Source: Bugula neritina (Eukaryota; Animalia; Bryozoa). Taken from it: 64,000 bases of DNA. Below are positions 36,471 through 51,000 of the stretch, piece by piece. The notes below the pieces were generated by a model that was given only the letters and a program-made list of their open reading frames with translations, made no database searches and was not told where the DNA came from. The position numbers and the translations under genes were made by a program. The DNA lies in NCBI GenBank assembly GCA_964035545.1, contig OZ037765.1:11852698-11916697 (forward strand). Direction: 5' to 3'. How positions within the stretch are numbered: the first letter of the stretch is position 1; each line of letters begins with the position of its first letter.

Positions 36471-36609
36471 ATAAGTTAAATAAGTATTGAGGAAGTAGGC
36501 TTCATACTGTAGTCAATAGTGTACTACTTTGGCATTGAGTCACATTCAACCTTAATATGGTGGTCAGTGAGACTATACCTTACTGCTATGTAAAGCTAAC
36601 TCAGTATGA

Positions 36610-38550
36610 CTTCAGGGTGTGCAAACTGTTGAACAGGGGTGAGTATAATCAATAATATGTGGAGGACGACCAAAAAAGAGGTTCGGCGGATGAAAACTAA
36701 TTTCCTTGTGGATAAAATATGTGGCCCACTCGCACGAGGAAACTTGAAGCCCTTCTACCGTCACCTGAGAAACACAAGAATGCAGTGTCCTCCACCAATG
36801 AGCCTCCAAACAAACGGCCAATCCTCGGATGACCCCAGTGAGTGTGCAAACATGTTGAATAATTTCTTTCAGCAGCAATTTTGTCAAGATCACTGTATTG
36901 ATGGTATCCCGCCATTGGAGTCTCCCGATGAAAAAATAGAGATATCGGAAGATGGTGTTGCTAAGCTGATTGTCTCACTAGGAAATGGTAAGTCTTCAGG
37001 ACCGGATGGGATCCGGAAGCCAGACCTCATGATAAATATACATACCACCGCTGAGTGTCTCAGCCACATATATCGAGCCTCCATAAAATATGGTTGATTG
37101 CCTGACCAATGGAAACTGACAAATGTGACCCCAACTCACAAAGGAGGAGAGGCTAACCAAGTGTTCAATTACAGGCCTATTTCCCTAACATCAATACCAT
37201 GTAAGATTCTTGAACATTTTGTCCTTCATCACCTCAACAAAAAACTGGATACCTTCCTTCACCATCGGCAACATGGGTTCCGAAGAGGTATGTCCTGCGA
37301 GACCCAACTATGTGCCACTCACCATGATCTGGCTAAATCAATGGAACAGAACAAAATTACATATGCCCTTATCTTAGACTTTAAAAAGGCTTTTGACAAA
37401 GTACCACATAGCTTGCTACTGCAGAAACTGAGAGCTATTGCTGATTTAGACCCCTACCTTTTAAACTGGATTCAAGACTTTCTGACAGGGCAAAAACAAA
37501 GAGTAGTTCTAAAGAACCAAATGTCGAGTATGTGCGATGTGACATTCGGAGTACCTCAAGGTTCAGTTCTAGGGCCTACACTCTTCCTTGTATATATCAA
37601 CGATCTACCAGATGTAGTAACTTGTAACGTTAGCCTTTATGCAGATGATACCCTCTTATACCAGGAAGTCAACTGCTTAGAGGAATCGGTAAAATTTCAA
37701 AAAAACATTGATGCTGTACAAGCATGGTCGCAGAAATAGAAAATGCCATTTAACGCATCCAAATGCCATGCAATAGCATTCAACAAAAGAAGCCAAACAC
37801 CCGCGTATAAACTAGGTGATGCTGACATACCTTGGACAGACAAGACTCGCTATCTTGGTATCACGCTCCAGCAAGATCTAAAGTTTGACCAACACATCGC
37901 TCAAAAAACCAGCAAAGCAACCAAAATTCTTGGGGCTACTAAATACACACTGCATTCTGCACCTACCAAAAGCCGATTATTGGCATACACTAGCCTGTGT
38001 CGACCGATACTGGAGTATGGGGACACTATGGGATCCCACCAGTAAACAGACCATTGAATTCATAGAAAGTGTCCAACGGAAAGCTGTCCGCTTCATAAGT
38101 ACTGTTAAAGGACGGGAAAGTGTCACTGAAGCCAGAAATCTTCTTGAACTGGTACCACTAGAATCCAGAAGACGAAACCATCGAATGACATTACTACACA
38201 AAATTCTAGAAAATGAAACCAGCAATAATACTTTATCTTCTAATTATGATGAGATCGTCAACAACCGATTAAATACAACTATGACCACTAGAGCTGCGAG
38301 CAGAGGACAGTTAACATCAATATCTGCAAAGACTAGTGTCTACCACAACAGCTTCCTTCCCCGAACAATATGGGATTTGAGAATAAATATTCATGAATAA
38401 TTAAAAAAATCAGTGATATGCTGATTCACTGCCTACCCACTGTAACACACTGTTATAAACGAGGCATTTAACTTACACATTTTTGTGATATCTAAATGTT
38501 CTATCGACACAGAGTGAGAGGTACTTTTACAACAAGACCGCAAATAAAGT
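36610..38550 (+). mobile_element. 5'-truncated CR1-like LINE ORF2 with stops
   Basis: KSSGPDGI, NYRPISLTS, QHGFR, LDFKKAFDKVPH, GVPQGSVLGP, LYADDT, YHNSFLPRTIWD. Confidence 0.9.
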
Positions 38551-39059
38551 CTACCGTACGATTGAGTTACTAGTACTTGCATTTAATGTTAATTAAATAA
38601 ATAATAAATATTTACTTACACTGTGAGTGAACTTTGAACGTTGGGTTTGGTGAGTTACAGACGACGACGTCGATTGCTTTCAGTTTGAGTTTCACAGACT
38701 CGCTTTGATTTCTACTTCGAGCTTGTTATTGCGGTCTGTGACTGTAACTTTAAGGTCAATGGTAAGACCAAAAGTAATATACTCACGTTGACATTGCCTG
38801 ATCACTCAAATTAAAAACGATTATTCCTATTTTGAAAAAAATCAGGATTGGCGCTCAAAGTCGATTGCTAAGACTAACTCTAAGAGTAACTACTAACTAG
38901 TACTACTACTAGTACTAGCACTACGATTTAAAAATTCTTGCTCTGCTTTAAGTTTATTCTCAGTTAAAACTCTAAACGAAAAATTGAAATAACTAATATC
39001 ATGAACTAAAAATTACTTTTGTCATCCTAAAATTCAATAGTTTATAATAGAGTTTAATA

Positions 39060-39400
39060 GAACGCGTTTATAATAGTTGGAGCAGGCTGCAGTCATCAAG
39101 CCAAACGGCTACAGCTACATAATTGCTCACGCTGCATCAAGCATTCCGACGCGAGCGTGTTATTACTGTTGGCGCCATGAATTGACGTTGTGGAAGAGTT
39201 ATCGTCTCTAATAGAAAACTTTGAACCAAAGTTGTAAAATGTAAAGTAAATTTGAGACCGCTCGTAGACAAGCAATTGAAAACATTGACATCGTGAAATA
39301 TATGATAACTTTCGCTTTGTGCTCGGTGTGTGTAATTTATTTGATGTTGAGTTGCCTACACGCATAGGTCTATGATTCAAATTGTTTCATCTTTCGTTAA
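39060..39400. promoter_or_regulatory. Candidate CpG-rich (possibly bidirectional) promoter for KIN and THNSL1
   Basis: Locally CpG-rich unique sequence with E2F-like TGTTGGCGCC (39167-39176) between the two divergent genes; function is inference. Confidence 0.4.
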
Positions 39401-39599
39401 TGATTAATTATTACTTATGATTGTTTAAATTTAATAACTGTCACAGTTATGAAATTTAAACAATCACGAGTTATAATTATTCAATGTAACTGTGGCAGTT
39501 ATTTTTTATTAGTTCAACTATTACTGTATTAGATTTAGATTAAGTCTATGACTTGCCCTGCTCCTTGGGCTTGGAGTTGCTGTTGGTTTTACTCTTTTG

Positions 39600-39840
39600 G
39601 TAGTGCTAGTACTACTACTACTAGTACTACTAGTAGTAGTACTACTACTACTACTAGTACTAGACCTAGTAGTAGTAGTACTGGTAGTAGTACTGGTAGT
39701 ACTAGTAGTAGTACTTGTAGTAGTCGTACTAGTACTAGTAGTAGTCGTACTAGTACTAGTAGTAGTCGTACTAGTACTAGTAGTAGTCGTACTAGTACTA
39801 GTAGTAGTCGTACTAGTACTAGTAGTAGTCGTACTAGTAA
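39600..39840. repeat. ACT/AGT simple repeat ending in a ~21-bp minisatellite (agtagtagtcgtactagtact)
   Basis: About 5-6 tandem units at ~39715-39838. Confidence 0.9.
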
Positions 39841-42825
39841 AAGTGTAACACTAACTGTAGTTATAACAGTAACAGTAACTATTACTTTAGTATTTGTAAG
39901 ACTAATGCACTATACAGTAATAGTAATACTGAAGGTCCCCTCTTCCCTCTCGAGGGTCTAGAGACTCAACACAGATGCAAATAGTATTACACCAATAGCC
40001 ATTACGTTAACTTTTAGTTCAACTTTGGCTATTGGCATCAGTATGAGTATCAGTATGTTGTTCCATCACTTGCAGTTGGTCTTACCTTTAGTCTTAGACT
40101 TGAAGTTAGTCTTAGCCATAACAGTTAGCTTTAGAGTTGGTCTTATAGTTACACTTACTGATCTTGATCTTACTGTAACTGTTGATGTTACTCATACTAT
40201 TTTCTTGTTATTTTAAGTTTTACTTTGGCTTTCAGTCACTGTGGTAGAATTAGGTTTAATTTGGGTCATTTTACTTAATTTAGTACACACTGAATATCTT
40301 CAGTTTTTGGCTATTTTTCACAATTTAGCTGGTAATGAACATGGTTTTTTGGCCAAAACTAGTAAAACACCAATAAATACAGCTAAATAATCCAAGTTCT
40401 TTTTAGTTTTGCTTCAATTCCCAAGTTTTTCCCTAATTATTCAGCTAGTTTTGGTTACGGACCGTTACGATTTTTCGTAACGGTCCGCACATATAGAATA
40501 TTAAGTGCATATGACAATGACCTGTGCTTTAATGTTGGGGAATCCCCTCCCAGCCTTTTCTGTTATGCGTAGTTAAAACCAGCACATAAAAATACCATGT
40601 ATAGTAAATTTCAATTGATTTTGAGCAAACTTTAATGTTAGGTCATAAGTTGCTGGTGTGTACTAAATGAAGTAAACTGACTCATTTACTATTATGTTTT
40701 GGTATTAGACTAATAATAGTTGATATTTATTTTTTAAGTTGTTATTAATAATATGTAAATATATCTATTTGTATGCTGTGTGTTTACTTGTGAGTTGTGT
40801 TCATAATATTAATTATGAAATAATCATTTTTATAATAGTAATTGATAATAAAAAGGCAACAAAACCAAAACCAATGTTCAAGGCCAATGACTAGGATAAC
40901 TCTCTCTATTTTTTAAAAAGTGGCAAGATAGAAGATAAATGCACTTATCCAAAAAAGCTGTATAGCCAAGAGTAATAATTATTATATGATTATTATAATT
41001 CCAGTTGTTGAAATATAAACTTGAAGTATATAAATAAACTTAGGTATCATAATTTAAATAAATAGTTTTGTTTTTAAGTAACTCCAGGTCATCTTAAAAA
41101 GCTCCTTGCAATAGATGACCCTAGAATTAGGTCTATATATAAAAAAGTAAGCAGTTTTGTTGTGCTACATTTTGTCTAATTATTGTTTGGTGTAAATTCA
41201 GGTGTCTAATTAGAACATTTGTCTGTTGGTAATCATAAACTCCAACTGTTACATTTGCTTGAGCAGTATTTTTATTTCATCAATTATTTATATTTTCTTA
41301 TAGATAAATAAGCAAAGAGCAGTTTCAAAGTCGCTAGAAGCAGATCTAAGTTTTTTTTAGTTGAAGTAATACATTTATCTGCTTGTAACTGCCAACACTT
41401 TTTAATATGATTAATTATATCTTGTTAACTACATGGCCATGTTTTGTTGCTTATCATTATTCATTATGTTGATTTCATAGCATTTAATTTCTGGTCAAAT
41501 TATGAATATCAAAATATAAATAGTTACACTAATAAATAATAAAATACAATTAAAGTTTGAGTATTATTAACCCTATAAATTATAAATATAAAGTAAAACT
41601 GTCAATCTAAAACTGGAATAATTTTAGTCTATAAAGTGATGTTTGTGATCATTCAGTATACTCATGGTAATAGTGATGATGATTGGCATAATGACAGTAT
41701 TTTTAGCATATTAATTTTTACTATTGAGTTATTGAGATTTTCTACTTCTGCTTCACTGTAGAGACATTAAACCATTTACTGAGTCTCCTTCACTTCGAAT
41801 AAAAATTTCGTTGTAAAGGTAGAAGAGTTTTTTTTATAAATTACATCAGTAGGATCTTGACTGCTACAGAGTGCACAGTGTACTCTAATAAAATTTCTTA
41901 TGTGTAATAGTAAAGACAATGATCAAGAGTTTATTAAAAATCACTGCAGTTATAAACTTATTTATGTTTGTTAGTTACTTACAATTAGCTACACAAGCAC
42001 AATAAGATCAATATCTGAACTGTCTGCCCATTAGGTGCAGAGTAAATGTAATTCTGTCAAATTTACCATGACTGCCCATGGCAGTTAGTGTGACTCTCAA
42101 GCTGAAACTAAGAATGTGGGATGAAGTCGTACAGATATTTCAGACAATTTCTATGACTAAGTATCTCAAGGCCAATTTCATCAAAATTGATTTGTTGCTT
42201 ATTTTGATTTTATAAATTGAAACTAATTACTGGAAACATTTTTCTGCTAATTGACTTTAGTCGGTAATTAAACTAAAGTAATAGTTGGTATGACTATAAA
42301 AAACGGAAAATCTTTTGATAGCTTACTGTCAATGATATTAGTGTACCTCCCTGTGAATGAAAATGTTTTTATCCCAAGTTATTTAATGTTTTAGAATAGC
42401 TTTAATGATATAAGTTATAAAACATTTTAATCCACAATATTGGTGTTGGATTTTAGTTTTGTTTAGGCTATCTAACCTATTGTGATGTACATGTACATAC
42501 TTGCAACAATGTATGTTAGATTTTATTCTGACAAATTTATACTCAAGCTGCTGCATATTATTGTTGCAAAATATAGGTTTGGAATCAAACTTGGCAGCGT
42601 TTGTTATGAAAAATAATTTTTCCACAAGCGTATCATAATTTTTCAGATGAATTTGTCTTTTACTCATTTGATATTTTAGAAAGATATTAATTATCAATAG
42701 TTATATGTAATCGATTAGTCTTGTGTTACTCTTGGTTATTGAATAAGTAATTCCATTGTCACCAAAATATGCATTATATATTCAACTTGTCAAATTTTAG
42801 TTTTGTAGTATTACAATAGATAAAA

Positions 42826-45800
42826 ATGGGTAAAGATGGAAAAAGTGGAGGATTCCTGACTCCAAAGGCCATAGCAAACCGTATTAAAGCCAAAGGTTTA
42901 CAAAAGCTGCGTTGGTATTGTCAGATGTGTCAAAAACAATGCAGAGATGAGGTATTCATTTTGTAAAACTCATGAATTAGAAATTTCAAGCATTTTAAGC
43001 TAATACATGCTGCTGCTTTATAACTCAATTTATTTATGCTACATATAGAATGGATTCAAGTGCCACACTTCATCAGAATCACACCAAAGGCAGCTTTTAC
43101 TTTTTGCTGAAAACCCGGAAGATTTTCTCAGTACTTATTCTCAGTAAGTTTAACTTTTCAATACATGTGTTAAGTATTTCCAGTGAATTTAGTTTTGCAA
43201 TAGTCTGGTGGAAAACATTGGTGGCATGTGTTTATAAAAGCCTTTTGGGGGCTTTACTTGTGTTTTTTTTGTAATTACAAATATCTTGTTACAATATACG
43301 ACACATTAATATTATGTAAATGACATAAAAATGGTTTAAAAAGATTTGATGATGTTGATAATTTTACCAAACGTAGAAAAGCTTTCAATCATTTTAACCA
43401 TAGCTATTATTGCGCTTTTCCTGATAACAACAGTATAAACAACTCTCAGGTATCCAAAATGTCGACATAGTGATTTTAGAAAAGCATTCGAAATAATTGA
43501 GATAACAAATGCCAAAAAGAGACATATCACTGGTGTGTGGTATTTGAATTTTAGAGAATTTAAGGATGGATACTTAGAACTTCTTAGAAGACAGTTTGGT
43601 ACAAAACGTGTGAAAGGAAATCAAGTGTACCAAGACTACATTAATGATAGAAATCATGTGCACATGAACGCTACACAATGGGAAACCCTCACTGATTTTA
43701 TTAAGTGGTTGGGTAGAGAAGGTACTGTGATTTGCCTACAGTTTATTGTCAGCTTAACCGAATCTTTGAGAAAGTTTATAATATAAAGTTATAATTTGTA
43801 GTAAGTTAATGATTTAGTAATCAGGACTACTGCCTTTCTTATATTTTATAATATATTAATAATCTTCGGGGAATGCATGTGTCTACTTTCACAACATTAT
43901 AATCTGTACTCCCATAGGGCTATGTGTAGTTGACAATACAGAGAAAGGCTGGTTTGTGCAGTATGTAGACAGGGATCCAGAAACTATTAGGAAAATGGAA
44001 GCGGCTAAGGCAAGAGAGAAGCATGAAAAAGATGACGAGGACAGAATGGCAGCATTTATACAGGTCTTGATATAAGCTGGTATTTGTAACGAAACTATTT
44101 AGTTTATATATTCATGTGGGCTCAAGTTTTCTATGGCATCTCTGAGTTTGTATTTTATGTTCAACTTTATTTACCAACTTGTTATACTGGTAGATTGCTG
44201 CAAAGTATTTATTATAATTCTAGTTTGTCTACATTATACAACATAATTATTTGAATTTTATATTTCAAATTCTGTAGCTGTTACATTACATTTGACTTGA
44301 ATACCAATTCAAGCAACCTCTGAAGCATTCTGTGCTTTCCTTACTCTACATAGTGTATTCTCAAGTCTGGTGGAGTGATACTGCTTTCACCGCATGCGAT
44401 ATTTTTAGTCTCAAATTGAAAAAGCAAAAGAATCTACTAAGGACCAGGTGGAGACAAAGCCTACGGAACTGTCAAGAGACGATGACTCTAATAAAGGTAA
44501 CTTGGAGCTCGTGTTTTAACTACAAACATTAAATGGCTTTAAAAACAGAAGCTGGCTAAAAATTTTTTTGAAGCATCCGCAGTAGGGAAAACATATTTAT
44601 TTATTTATTCTACATTTTTTCTAAGTATGTTAGTATTTTTAAGCTGAACAATCTCCTGGTTTCAATATTGTATGTCCAAGTTCTATTTGAAAACCACAGC
44701 AAAATGCATTACTATAAAGTTATGCTCTCGAATTTTTTACTTGACTATAGTTGGTGATTTTTGTGTGCATTTTTGGTGTTTATTGCTTTGTTTGACAACT
44801 ACTCATGCTACTAATATCTACCAGTATTAGCATCCTTATTCTTAACCTTCTTCCCCAGTTTTAGATTTCCATCCAACAATGATGCATTTTATGTGACTTT
44901 ATTTAATGCCATTGCTAGTTAGTATGCATCTAAAAGCAGGTTAGGCTCAAAGAGCATATTTTCGAATTCACAATTTTCTATTTAATATAATAGTATATGG
45001 AGCTATTCTATATTTTCAATGTGGTTGTAAAAATGTTTTTATAAAGACATTGAAGTAGTTATCTGCACTTGTACATATAGGTTTATGTAAAGTATAAAAC
45101 TCAAATTTTGTTGTTTTTTCAGTGGCATTTTCTCTTGGTGAATCTAGTAAGACTTCTACCATGTCCTCAAAAACTTCTGTTGGGTGAGAAATGTATTCCT
45201 GCTATTCTCTATAGTTTTCTATCCATAAACATGTTACTGTGATCATTAGTGAGAATGTTTAGTGCATACCAATACGTATATACATATAAAAGTGGTGTGT
45301 GTTTAGTTCAACTCTGTTTTAGCTGTCCTTTTAGGACTATTTTATTTATGAAAGCATTAATGGGTCAATTAATTGCTAAAACTGAAATAATTTAGGGAGA
45401 ACAAATCCCTTTTGTGCATGTAAACAGTTCTGCTTTTTTTATCTGTGTAATTTCTACGTTCATAAACTGAGTGATGACCATTCTTTTAGTTAGTCTTTGT
45501 AATATTGAATGAATTGAATTTTTAGAGCAACTAACCCTTTACAAAATAATAAAACTGAACAGCCATTAGTTAAAAAGAAAAAAGAAACCGTAAAGAGAAA
45601 AAGTGCTTTAGATGAAATAATGGAGGTAAACTGTTTTTTTAGTTATTAGGGTAGCTAAGAATATACTTGTTTTGAATTATAATATCACCAAGTGAGTATT
45701 TGCTGGTGTAGACATGCCACATTGCTTTGAGGATTAGGTGCTGTCAGAGTGTGAACTTCCTTAGTTTATACAGATAAATCTTCTGTACAAGCTATGTAAG

Positions 45801-47514
45801 CTCAGCTGTTGATTAGTGTTGAAGTGAGTAATTCAAATTAAGATTTCTATTTATTTTTTGGGTAAGTTGATGGAAAGACTCGGCAATAAAAACTTTGTTT
45901 TCCCCAGCTGTGACTGTGTATTTATTCATATATATCAACCTGTTGCTGTTTAACTGTACTTCATTAGATTGAAGAGCAAAAAAAGAAGAAAGCCAAGTCA
46001 GTGAATAAAGATTACTGGCTTTTTCCAGGTTTGTTTCAAGATCTTCTATTTCATGTTTCTTAGCAGGCTATTGAATGCATAATTTTATCCATACTACATG
46101 GAAGTAGTCTGTGGTAGACACTTTGATTTACATGCTCTTCCATACTTGGAATGTTCAGTGTTTCATAGTTCTTACAGTCGAATTTAGATCTAGCCTGTCT
46201 TCTCTCTTTTAAAATTTATAGACATTACTGTAAGTTTATTGTTTAGTTTTAGGAATTTCTAAATTGTTTATTTGCTTCAAAGATTTGACTTGATTTTATT
46301 GTCACCTGGACCGCTGTAGTCCTGCATGGGTATTGGTAAAAAGAGTTAAATGTATTACTCAATTCTAATTTTTTTCCTCGTGATCCTCTTTAATGTATGT
46401 TGAGAAATACATTGTGCAAGAAAATAACCAAGAAGCTTGTTCCTGCTAAGTGAGCCATTAGCTTTATACTGGTGTTGTTTGTAGATATTATTGTGAAGGT
46501 TATAACGAAAAAGTTGGGAGATAAATATTACAAAAAGAAAGGTGTAATCAGAGAAGTGAGAGATAAATATACTGCAGTTATTCTTATGATTGACTCTGGG
46601 GAAAAAGTTAAGCTGGATCAAACACATCTAGAGACAGTATTGCCTGCTATTGGTAAGTGTCCTGCAGTTTTTTGTTATGATCTTTTAAAATGATGTTTAA
46701 AAAGAGTTGCGTTACTGTAATCAATTTATTATTGTAGGAAAGACAGTCCTTATTGTCAATGGGGAGTTCAGAGGTGAAGAAGGTGAATTGGTCAAATTGA
46801 ATGAATCTAAATTTTCTTGTGATGTCAAAATAATCGCTGTAAGTTTCATGTTTTATATTTTTAATATTATTTTGATTCATGTGTAAACTGATATAGGCTT
46901 AGCCTTTTAGCTACGTATTATCTCATAGAACATTTGTAGTTATCTTCAAAGGCGAGGACATTAAAGTTGGTTTTGTTATGGGAGAATATTTTGAAGGACT
47001 TTCAATTGTGCTTAATCAGTTGTGTTCTCAAAATTTGCTATAGGCTTACTCTCTTATTGTTTACTTTTTTATTCATATAGTATCCGCATAATTTCATGAA
47101 TGAATAGCAAGAATCAACTTAATTTTGTAATATTAAATGTAGCAACAAACTATCAATAATTAATTAATACTACTGCCAAGAAAAAAGATTTCGAAGCATG
47201 TACCGAAAAAGCTTTGAAGATCAGACAGTCTAAATATATTCTTTTTCATACTTGAAAAAAAACTTGTAACCTATACTCATACTTTAAAGAACACTAAAAG
47301 TAAATTCTTAGGTGGGATTGAATTTTTCTGTCATACAAAAAATAGGTGTGTGATTCAGGAAATGGGGGAAATTCTAGAAACTTTGAGAACTTAATATTAG
47401 AGTGTGCTTCTATTGCTTCAACGTGTGTATTTATTTCAGGGTCCGCATAACGGAAAGCTCGTGAGTAACCTTCCCTATGAAGATGTCAGCAAGCTTCAGG
47501 TGGAATCAACCTGA
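42826..47514 (+). CDS. KIN: DNA/RNA-binding protein KIN17, 11 coding exons
   Basis: Exons 42826-42951 (LTPKAIANRIKAKGLQKLRWYCQMCQKQCRDE), 43049-43143, 43555-43721 (HVHMNATQWETL), 43918-44063, 44409-44496, 45123-45183, 45526-45625 (KSALDEIM), 45968-46028, 46485-46652 (KLDQTHLETVLP), 46738-46838, 47440-47514 (YEDVSKL..*); phases consistent. Confidence 0.96.
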
Positions 47515-48035
47515 ATATGAAACATTTAGTTCAACCAACCTTATTCAAACTAAATCACATAGAAATTATCTTCACAATTGTATTTGTATTGACATATTTA
47601 TTTTTATATATATCCGATGTTTATGAAGAGCTTTTATAATAAATATTTTATTAACGCCAATATTTCAGGAGTAAAATGAATTTCATAAAGCAAAACTATA
47701 ATGAAGCAATTATAAGCTATAGAATATACATACAAACCGGAGAGATATTTTTAAAAGTTACATGATTGTGCACCTTTCGTTGATTGAAAATATATGGAAA
47801 ATAAAATAAAAAACTATGTAGAATTTATTTAAGGCATATGTCACAACCTGTTAATAAACCAATCGTATAAAAATATAATAATTCAACCTTGGCAATAAGA
47901 AACTGGCCAACATAACATCTACTTTGTTGATATGCATACATGGTAATATTTGCAACAGTAGCAGAGGTAATAATTGAAACACTGGTCAAACTAGAATAGT
48001 TGATTCGCACAAAATATCCATACATGAGAGAGACA

Positions 48036-51000
48036 TCATGAAGGAGAGGGACAAATGTCTGGAGATGCACCGTCTTCCATGCTGACGGCACTGATAACTG
48101 AGCGGGTAGAGCCATGATGTCGAAGCTTTTTGGCAGCTAAAGCACTAACAAGTTCAGACGGAGAGGGTGTTGGATCAACGCTGGCTTCACTGTCCTCGAG
48201 CTTAAAAATTTCTGTGGTTTTAAGTTGACCTTCTTCATCTTTATAATAGTATGCTAAGACTGCCTCAGTGTGCTCAACCACCTCAACACACTGGTCGAAA
48301 GTGTCTAAGTACTGACTACATTGACTAGAAGAAATCAGTTGTTGAGCATCTTCTGCTGGAGCATCACCCTTTATAAATTCACAAACAGCAATTTAATATG
48401 TATACCATACTGCAGTGACATGTAACAATTACTAGTATAGTTTAGCAAATGACGTAGCGTAGAAAAATAACTTTTGCTTGCTAGTATTTTTTGTTAAATG
48501 TAAATCAATAACTTTTTCAGCTTATAATTTTTATGGTAGTGCTAAAAATATAGAGTTAGTAAATGCAAATCACAATTTGGCTGAAAAAAGTATGTCATAG
48601 TTCAACATTTAGGCATTAGGATTAACATACTGAATGTCTAAATTTTCAATTCAGTGAAGTATCTATGAGCTAATTCAAGAAAAATAAGTTTTTTCTAAAA
48701 CTTCATATATGTTGCATATTGTTTAAATTGACAGTACCTCAACTAATGAACCTCGTCTGCTTGGTACAGGTGAAGTGATTCTGCTACAGCATCGGCTGTG
48801 TCGTGGTGAAAAACTAGTATGAAGAAGCTCACCTGTAATACAGTAAATCAACGTCAGTCTCTGTTGATATTGATATGTACTACATAATATAAGCAACCCG
48901 ACACATAAACCAGTATAAAACAATACAACTTAGGCAAAAATTCCAGTATAAGAACAAATTTCATTTTTTATTTACAACACGGTTTATTTCTTTCTAGGTA
49001 ATTCATACAGCCATGACCAACAAACAATCATAAACTTTACAAACTGATGTCCTCAGCTTAAGCAACTGCTCTCCGATTAGCTAGGTAGTAACCTGTATAA
49101 GCATGCTATAAACTTGAGCACATGTCTTAATTAGAAATTATTTTACATGCAATACATAACATGTAAAATGGAAAGAACAAGCTATGCATCAAGAAATTGG
49201 CCTAATTTCAAAAGATTTCAAGAGAAATTAGACAAGGTTCCCTAATAGGTTTCTCAACACAAATATAGAGCTGTAACAGTTGACAATAACTCATGACAAA
49301 GTTATACAAGCCTGTTACACCACCACTCACCCGTTGGTAAAGTTTCTTTTACATCTAACGAATCTAGTTCTTTAGAGTCTAAGTATTTTCCTCGAAGGCT
49401 TTGCACGTATTCTATGTTCTCTGCAGTGCTTAAACCAAGGTCAAATCCAAAACGTTGATCTCGGATACGGGCTCGGGAGGTCATGACCATGTCTGAAGCT
49501 ACATCTGTGTGTTGAACTTCTGTGATGGCAAACTGGCAGACAAATCTGCATAGAAAAACAAGTATACCTTGAAATAAATATTCCATAGACAAACTAATAT
49601 AACATGTACAGGATAACAATTATGAAAACTAAATATCAAGAACACTGTGCAAGTGTTTACAACCTAAAACAGCAAATTAAAATTATTTTGTAAAAAATAA
49701 ACCTGATAAAATATGAAATTGAATTTCATCTACTAAAGCATTTGCTTACTTAGCTGTGTATGTATGCTTTCCTTTAGTTATAACCTTTCCAGAGAGAAGC
49801 TTGGCATACCATACTATAGTAGCAGCTAACCAGGCAGCATCATGGTGTATTGAGGGCAACCATTTCAACATCCTGTGAAGTCAAGTCCAGTTAACGTAAT
49901 GACGGTTAATAAAAATCATATATCATGCAAAACGATTATTTGTAAACTTAGATAACACAAAATTTATACATTATTGAAAATGGCTTTATTAAAGTTACTG
50001 TTTTAAAAGTTGAAGCAATTATTTATAGATTTATGTAAAAAATTCAACTAAACATCAATATTTTTGCCAGACTAGTAAATTTTAACACAATTATATTGTT
50101 TTCCATACTTTGAAAATGTGGCAACTGTCACATCAAATGGGAGGTAGAGGGGAGAGCACAAAACTGAGAAGGTACGATAACTCCTCAGGTTCTTCATATA
50201 CAGCATGTAGTTTGAATTTACTACATTTACAGCATCTTCTAGGGCTACAAGATTAGAATACTAATTATTCAAATCATTATACTAGGACTATAATTAAACT
50301 ATTGAGAGATTCAAAAATCAAGTGCTATTATGTATTACTAGATAAGATAATATTCATAAATTAAAAAATTTACAACCATTAATGCTTGAAATTTCAATTC
50401 AACTCCGTTTTATTGGCACACTGATGCTACTGACTTAAACAAACCATTACAACCCTAAAAAAATTCAGAAAATATTTATTCAGTTGACTGATGCCAAATT
50501 TTTGGTGAGCCTTAAATCACTGGTGCCAGCTTGCACCTGAGACAAGATAAAAACAGCAATATTTCTAATTATCTTTGTCACTTCAATTTCAACTAGATTA
50601 CTAGAATAAAAGCAAACCTGTTATAACGCTTGGGTGTAGTTCCCTATCCTTCATTCTATTGGCTGTACAGTGCTCACACCCATCACGTTCATCTTCTGCT
50701 TCTTCACCATCCTCACTGAATGATGTTGAAACGCTGCGTGATAAGACTGAGCGGATGGCCAGGTGCCTCGAGCAATTCACCATATCTACAATATCAAGTT
50801 CAAACTGTAACTTGATGTTTTACTTGCCACACCAGGAATAAGTCTATATATGAGACAGTCTATTAATAAGTTATTATAAAGGCAACTCTGTCAAATTTTT
50901 GCAGAGTCCTGGAGAAAAGCACTACTTGTGAAAACATAATGGCTCAGTGGCAGTTGACTTATGAAGTTGCTGACCTGTAGGTCAATAATCTTTTCTAATT

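Noticed and set aside
39548-39961. Ser/Thr-rich or Val/Leu-rich ORFs
   Set aside because: Translations of an ACT/AGT simple repeat.
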